This document shows positions 40,201 to 64,000 of a stretch of 64,000 nucleotides of DNA, piece after piece. The notes beneath the pieces are model-generated. The model was not told where the DNA came from. It did not search any database and saw nothing but the letters and a program-made list of their open reading frames with translations. Both the position numbers and the translations under genes were made by a program. Within the stretch, counting starts at the first letter, position 1; each line of letters starts with the position of its first letter. The stretch is taken from assembly GCF_009914755.1 (NCBI RefSeq), contig NC_060947.1, one strand, 5' to 3'. The DNA comes from the human T2T-CHM13v2.0 reference genome, Homo sapiens.

Positions 40201-42941
40201 GGGCGATCACAGCTTACTTCAGCCTTGACCTCCTGGACTCAAGGGACCCTCCCACCTCAGCCACTTGAGTAGCTGGGACTACAGGCGCTTTGTATTTTTG
40301 TATTTTTTGTAGAGACGGAATCTCGCCATGTTGCCCAAGCTGGTCTCGAACTTGGGAGCTACTGGCGTGGACAGTGCAGGCCTGGGGGAAAGGTTGTCAC
40401 CCTCACTGTGTGTCACTGGGGCTTTTACAAAACACTGCTTGGTGGGCTCTTCCCTCCCTCCACAGGTTCCGTTTAGGGGGCCCAGCCACAAGACCCCAGG
40501 CTCTAGAATCTCTGCCCTTGAGCATCAGGCTAAAGAGTTTAGATTTGTCTTTTTTTGTTGTTCTTTTCTTTTTTTTCTTTCTTTTTTTTTTTTTTGAGAT
40601 GAGGTCTCACTCTGTTGCCCAGGCTAGAGTGCAGTGGTTTGATCACGGCTCACTGCAGCCCCGACCTCGCAGGCTCAAGCGATCCTCCCACCTCAGCCTT
40701 CTGAGTAGCTGGTACTACAGGTGCGCCACCACACCCGGCTGATTTTTTTGAGTTTTAGTAGAGACGAGGTCTTGCTATGTTGCCCATGCTGGTCTCCACC
40801 TCCTGGGCTCAAGTGATCCTTCTGCCTCATCCTCCCCAAGTGTTGGGTTGACAAGCGTGAGCCTCTGTGCCCGCCCTAGGCTTGTCTTCTAGATCGACTG
40901 TTCTCAAGGTATGCTTGGGGGACCCTGGGCGTCGGCCATATCAAAATCATTTTTATAATAATGCTATGATATTCGGCTTCCTTTTGTTCCAGAGATCACC
41001 ACGAAGAAGAGAAAACTGGGGAAGAACCCAGACGTTGACACAAGCTTCTTGCCTGATCGAGACCGTGAGGTAAAGGCTGCCTGGCCCTGACCCCGGCCTC
41101 GACTCCAGCCCTGGTGGAGACCCTTGCTTAGGGAGCCAGGCTCTGCGTGCACCCTGAGCAGCCCTGGGCCTCACCTGTCTGCCTGCTCCCTCTCCCAGGA
41201 GGAGGAGAATCGGCTTCGGGAAGAGCTGCGGCAGGAGTGGGAAGCCAAGCAGGAGAAGATCAAGAGTGAGTGTTTGCGGAGTCAGACGCGAGGGGCCTGG
41301 GCCCAAGCCAGCTTCCCTGTCCACAGTCTCCTGGGTGGTGCGCTGAGCCCCAAGGCTGCTCTCAGTGGGGCTGGAGACCAAGAGGCAGCTCTGCCTTGTA
41401 GGTGAGGAGATCGAGATCACCTTCAGCTACTGGGATGGCTCTGGGCACCGGCGGACAGTCAAGGTAGGCAGCGTGCAGCCTGCTTCCTGCTCACCATGGG
41501 CCCAGCCTCCCTCAGGTTCCGTGGGAAGGAACTGACCTTCCTGACTTGGGAAGCCCCAGGGATCCTGAGGATAACTGGCTCCAGGGCCTGGCCCCCTGTC
41601 TGGGGAGTGAGGCCCAGGCCTGGCTGAGGCTCTGCAGCGTCTGGCAGGGCCCTCTGGGCCTCTGCCTTGTTGAGAGCCCTTCTGCAGGCTTCCGCCTTCC
41701 CTTCCCAACTCCTGGATTCCCGGATACAGATGAGAAAGGGCAACACCATGCAGCAGTTCCTGCAGAAGGCGCTCGAGATCCTTCGGAAAGACTTCAGTGA
41801 GCTGAGGTGTGAGGTGTGCGTGTGTGCACGGTGGTGTGTGTGGCACCTGTGGCTCCAGCCTGGGTGCCAGACACCCAGTGTGATGTGGGCGCTGTCTGGG
41901 CAAGCAAGCAGCGTGCTGGGCACTCTCCTCCCAAAAGAGGGGGTCAGGCTCCTCTTCCCTTCCCTCCCACCAGAGAGCTTTGCTGAGAGCGGCCTGCCTT
42001 GGTTCCTTAGCCCAAAGGTGGAGGGTGCTGGGCGCCAGTCCTGTGCTCACTAAACCATGGAGCTTCCCTCACAGCCAACTGGCCGCTGCTTCCCAGCCCC
42101 AGCATGGGCTCTCCTGGGCTGGCTGTCTCCTCCCTCCCTGGGCAGGGGTGCTGTCCTCTTGCCCACGCCCTCCTGCCTTCCTCCCTCAGGTCCGCAGGGG
42201 TGGAGCAGCTCATGTACATCAAGGAGGACTTGATCATCCCTCACGTGAGTCCCTTCAGCCCCAGTACCCGCAGTGGGTGCAGCACCCTGGGCTTTGGCTC
42301 AGGCTGGTGGGGGCAGTGTGCGCAGGCGGGGGGTGTGGGGAGGGGCCGAGATGGACCATCAAGACGCCGCTTTCCTGCCCTTGGCTCCCAGCATCACAGC
42401 TTCTACGACTTCATCGTCACCAAGGCACGGGGGAAGAGTGGTGAGTGCCGCCGACCCAGCCGCCCCCATAGCACCTTGCCGCCGATGTTGTCACTGGGGC
42501 AGCAGCGGGACATTGGGCTGTCACTTCTCCCCTGCAGGACCACTCTTCAACTTTGATGTTCATGACGATGTGCGGTTGCTCAGTGACGCCACTGTGGAGA
42601 AGGATGAGGTACAGCGTAGGGGGCCGTGTGAGGGGGAACGGGTGTCCCTGGGCTATGGAGGAGAAGCCAAGGGAAGGGGAGGTCAGCAGGCGGCCCTGTG
42701 CCCTCTTCCTCCCTTAGTCCCATGCAGGCAAGGTGGTGCTGAGGAGCTGGTACGAGAAGAACAAGCACATCTTTCCCGCCAGCCGCTGGGAACCCTACGA
42801 CCCTGAAAAGAAGTGGGACAAGTACACGGTGAGGAGGGGCTGGCAGGGACCCCTCCAAGTTGGGGACGGCAGCCAGCCCCTGCTCACCCCTCGCCTTCCT
42901 TGTCTCCTCTGCCCACCTTGTCCTCACACTAGATCCGCTGA
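36744..42941 (+). CDS. FAM50A: Protein FAM50A (XAP5), nuclear spliceosome-associated protein, 339 aa
   Basis: Exons 36744-36854, 38142-38226, 38321-38420, 38924-39069, 40993-41069, 41199-41265, 41402-41463, 41730-41806, 42190-42244, 42392-42440, 42538-42608, 42718-42828, 42933-42941, total 1020 nt. Protein [22 protein letters not shown]...[13 protein letters not shown]...[23 protein letters not shown]. Confidence 0.97.
39228..39420. mobile_element. MER3-like hAT-Charlie MITE; a MER33-like fragment follows at about 39960-40070
   Basis: ttttctgtgatgatggaaatgtt...ccaatatggtagccact; tatttaacccagcgtatccaaaatat. Confidence 0.65.
40120..40875 (-). mobile_element. Two antisense Alus (AluJ-like) in FAM50A intron 4
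   Basis: Reverse Alu consensus with T-rich tails. Confidence 0.85.
42829..42895 (+). ncRNA. MIR6858: Intronic miRNA hairpin (3'-tailed mirtron type) starting at the FAM50A intron 12 donor
   Basis: The 5' arm GTGAGGAGGGGCTGGC (42829-42844) pairs with GCCAGCCCCTGCTCAC (42872-42887). The name comes from my recollection of hsa-mir-6858 at this locus. Confidence 0.8.
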
Positions 42942-43112
42942 GCATCCAGGAGGCTGCGCGGCCCCGGCTCCTCAGCTCCCTCAGTGTGCCCCGTGGTGTC
43001 ACCGGGACTCCAGGCACCCGCTCCCCTGCGACCATGCCAGGCACGCTGGGAGGAGGACGGCAGCTGCTCGTGTCCTGCCCCTGCCACATCAGTGACTGCT
43101 TTATTCTTTTCC

Positions 43113-43118
43113 AATAAA
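43113..43118 (+). terminator. FAM50A poly(A) signal
   Basis: AATAAA about 170 nt after the stop codon, with a U-rich upstream element. Confidence 0.85.
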
Positions 43119-44059
43119 GAAGTGCACGTGTCAGAGCTGGAGCGCCTGCATTGTGAGAAACCATTTGTGTTCGGACCAAATTCATTTGTCATTTTGACCA
43201 TTTAAAACTGTACAATTTGGTGGCATTTAGCACATTTGCCATGTTGTGTAGTCATCACCCTGGTCTGCTTCCAGGACATTCTCATCCCTCCAAAGGCCCT
43301 GTGGCCATAGGCAGGCTCCTCCCCTCACATCCCCCCACCAGGCTCTCATGTGCTTTCTGTCTCCATGGATTGACCTGTTCTGGACGTGTCATACGTGCCT
43401 GGGGAGTCTGTCACCGTGGCAGCCCCACCATCCCTGAGGTGTCTTTGTGGCACTGTGCTTCTTGACCGTGGGCACCTGTCCTTGGGCGGTGGTGGCTCTG
43501 GTGGGTGGGAAGGGGGTTCCTCCCCAGGCCTCTCTCCCAGGCCCTTGGGCTCCTGTTGAGTTTCCCGTAGGGGACGTGGCCGTCCTGTGGCCACGAAAAC
43601 CCATCCTGCCTTCCTTGCTGTGGGCCGTCCCAGCACAGTCGTTCTGCTGTGGTGCCCTGTGCTCGACACTTGCCTGCCCTGCCCTAGCTAGCCCTGCTCA
43701 GACAGCCCTTGGGGCAGGATCCAGATCGGGGGTAGGTCCAGGACCCCTACTCTGCCACCTCAGCAGCTGATTCCCCAAGTTCCACTTGGCTAAGCTGAGG
43801 CAGGCAGGCCTGGCTCCAGGAGGCTGAGGAAGGCCAGCTGACAGCTCCCTGTTTCCTCCCCTGGCCTGAAGCCAAGAAGAAAGGGCAGGGGATAGCCCCT
43901 CACTGGCCAGGATCACCCCAGCCCTGGGTCTGGCCTCCCCTTCCTGGCAAATGTGGAGATCTGATGGTGCCCGATAGTGCAGAGGCCCAGTGTCTCATTC
44001 AGCGTGGCCGGGAAGTAGCCACCTGGCGTCACTAGGAATAGAGATGAGAGTAGACTAAT

Positions 44060-44159
44060 GTTTTCTTTCTTTTCTTTTCCTTCCCTCCTTCCTTCCTTCT
44101 TCCTTCCTTCCTTCCTTCTTTCTTCCCTCCCCTCCCCTCCCCTCTCCTTCCTTTCCTCT

Positions 44160-44165
<6 letters not shown>
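44060..44165. repeat. (CCTT/CT)-rich microsatellite at an Alu tail
   Basis: Directly visible. Confidence 0.9.
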
Positions 44166-50245
<6,080 letters not shown>

Positions 50246-50329
50246 AGGGAAGGAAGAAAGCCCTCGGTTCAGGGTCGCCGGGGAAGGGGCTGGTTTGGAC
50301 GGCTGTCCCGCAGGCCCTCCGGGTTAGAG

Positions 50330-51300
50330 ACCGTCGGGGGCGTGTCTTGAGCTGGGGACGCGACTCCTCGGCGGGGGTGCACCTGAGAGGCCGGGACCAG
50401 CGAGGCCGCGCCCCGGTGGCAGGTGACCCCGGGCGCGTCTCCGAGCGCCAGGGTGGGGCGAGGCGGACGCGCGCCCCAGGCCCGAGGGGGTGTGGCGCGG
50501 GCGCGCGCGGGTTCCGGGGTCGCCCGAGGCGGCGGGCGGGGAGCCGGGGCGCGGGGGAGGCGCGCGCCGCGGACGCGGCCATCGAGCGAAGGGGGTCGGC
50601 TGGCCGGGCGGGTCCCCCTTCAGGTCGCGGGGGTCAGGGCTGCGCGCGAGGTCCCTGGCCCCGGGGAGCAGCGGCCCCGCCTGCGTCCCCTGCCGCCGCG
50701 TCCCCCTCGGCCGGGCGTCCCCGGACGCCCCCGCCCCGCGCGGTGGTACGGTCCGGGTTTAAAAGGCTCCGGCGGCCCCCGGGCCAGCCCAGTGTGTGGG
50801 CGGCGGCGGCGGCGGCTGCGCGCTTGGGGCCCGGGGCGCGGGGCGAGGCCGTGGGGACGTGCGAGCGGGGCCGCGGTGGGGCTCGGGGGCGCGTCCACGT
50901 GGCCAGAGGGCGGCCACCCGGAGCCAGCGGAGGGACAGGTAGGTGGCCGTCATCGTCGCCGTCCGTGCGGGGCCAAACAGCTCGGGGCCCGGGGCTCCGG
51001 CAGCCCGGGGGTCCGGCTCGGCCTGTGGGGGTCAGGCCCTATCCCTGCCCGTCGGCGCCGGCCTGCCCGACTCCTTGTGCCCCGCATGGTGGGGACGCCA
51101 ACCCAAGACCAACACCCTGCCCAAAGAGGACCCTTTGTCGCAGGGGAGCGGCCCCTCGGAGGATCAACGCTGTACTTCCCTCCCGCTAAGGGCTCCGCGA
51201 GTCCGCCGAGGGGTGCCCTGATGGGGCCCGGGCAAACCGGACCAGCAGCACGGTGGGGGGTGTGGGGGGCGGCCGCTGGACCCCCGTCTCTGCGTGGGGC
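50330..51300. promoter_or_regulatory. PLXNA3 CpG-island promoter and non-coding exon 1 (about 50790-50938)
   Basis: Dense CpG, TATA-like TTTAAAA at 50758-50764, GGC run at about 50799-50816, donor CAG|GTAGGT at 50938/50939, exon 2 acceptor ccctag| at 52666. Confidence 0.75.
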
Positions 51301-52693
51301 TGCCCCTTCCTCAGGCTCTCTGCTGGCCCAGCTGTACCTGTGATGCCCGAGGTTGCCACTTACAGGTGGGGGCTGGGCCTGAAACTGCCTCCCCAGGTCT
51401 CCCTCCCGACCTGTCCCCAGCCTGTTCCTAGGCTTGTGTTCCCGGGGTGTAGAGGAGGTGAAGACAGGATGTGGCCTCTCTTTTCTTTGGCCTTCCTTTC
51501 TTCTCCGGCTGTTGCATGAGGGGTCCAGCTGACAAAAGAGCCCTGGAGAGGTGATCAATCTGAGCTGAAACTTTGCAGTTTCAAGCTGGGCCCGCTGCTT
51601 GTTCCTGGCAAATGCCTTATTTTTCCTTTCTCTCTCCTGTGCCTCCTTGGTTTGGTTCCCTGCACCACCCCCCGCTCCCCCCCCGCCTCCCGCCCTCAAG
51701 CTGGGTACCTCCTATCTCCCCCGGGAGCTCTGGCACTGAGAGGGTAGCGCTGAGCCCTGCCCTGTTGGCTGCCACGACACTGCTCTGCTGTCTTAGCAGC
51801 CTGGGGCTGACTGGGTGTGGCCTGGGGACTAAGTGCCAGTCCCAGCACTGTCCCTGTGGCTCCTGCCCTGTCTCTCCAAGGCCTTGACTGTATTTGGGGA
51901 CATTGCTCCTCCTCTTGTAAGGCTCCTGGGACTCCAAAGGGCAGGTAGGGCCCCCTGTACATTCCCTTCTCCAGTGAACCCCTGGGTCTGGAGGGGGAGC
52001 CATGCAGGCTGTGGCTGAGCAGAGCTTGACTGATGTGTGTCTGGGTGCGTGGCTGAGGGGCAGGCGCGACTTGGCTTTGTGTTGCATCGGGGAGGCCAGA
52101 CAGCGGGCTCCTGGATGGCCAGCTGAGGCCCTTGTCGGGGAGGCAGCTGGGGCCCCTGCAGGGGACATGGTGGTGCTGGATCCTGCATCAGGCCTCCATT
52201 CCCCAGACCTCTGTCCCAGGGCTCCTGGTGGCAGTGCCACTCCAGGTGGTGTTCCTGGCCCTGCCCCTCTCCCCCAGCTTGCGATTATTCTGTGCCTGCC
52301 TCCCTCTCCCCTCAGCTCAGGCGTTGGGGGCAGCCCAGAGGCCTGGGGCTTGCTGTTCTTTGCTGTTGGTTGCCCCGGGCTCTGAGATGTGGCATCTGGG
52401 GTCCCAGTTCCAGCATCTGCTCTGCTACCCCCTTGGGTGTGGCCCAGCTGAGGCGAGGCCTCCTGGCTCCTTTCCAGCATGGGGGCTGAGGGACGATTGA
52501 TGGCCCCCAAGCCTGCCCTCGCTGGCTGCTCACTCATGCGCCCTGGCGGAGGCCCCTCCTCTCTCCCTGTCACGGTGGCCATCTGGGGCTTTGGCGGGGT
52601 GGTGGGTGAATGGCCCAGCCCTCTGTGGCTCGAGGCCTCTGACTCCCACACACCGTCTCTCCCTAGGCCTGTCCCCAGGCGCGGCTGCCGGCC

Positions 52694-63939
<11,246 letters not shown>

Positions 63940-64000
63940 TGAGGGCAGGGGTTCTAGTTTTTGTGATGTCGCCTGAGTGACATACTCAGGGTCCCAACAG

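Noticed and set aside
50347-51343. Overlapping 280-aa and 306-aa ORFs
   Set aside because: CpG-island artefacts with non-ATG starts.

Overview
Human Xq28 DNA (eukaryotic, Alu-dense, GC-rich). I traced the exons by hand from splice sites and reading frame. From left to right: the 5' non-coding end of DNASE1L1 (minus strand, overlapping the TAFAZZIN promoter and exon 1), TAFAZZIN/TAZ (11 coding exons, 292 aa), ATP6AP1 (10 exons, 470 aa, one GC-AG intron), GDI1 (11 exons, 447 aa), FAM50A (13 exons, 339 aa, with the MIR6858 hairpin in its last intron) and PLXNA3 (30 coding exons in the window, running off the right end). The exon lengths of all four complete genes sum to intact ORFs. The rest is CpG-island promoters, Alu clusters, and fragments of L1, L2, MIR, MLT1, MLT2 and hAT elements. 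Repeat families were assigned by eye and need RepeatMasker confirmation. I see no wholly new gene system. The most interesting signals are small-scale: the TAZ exon 5 donor lies in an Alu target-site duplication, an antisense donor lies inside TAZ coding exon 1, a 13-bp duplication creates an in-frame cryptic TAZ acceptor, the FAM50A last intron is both a miRNA hairpin and open in frame, and there are further mirtron-like introns.
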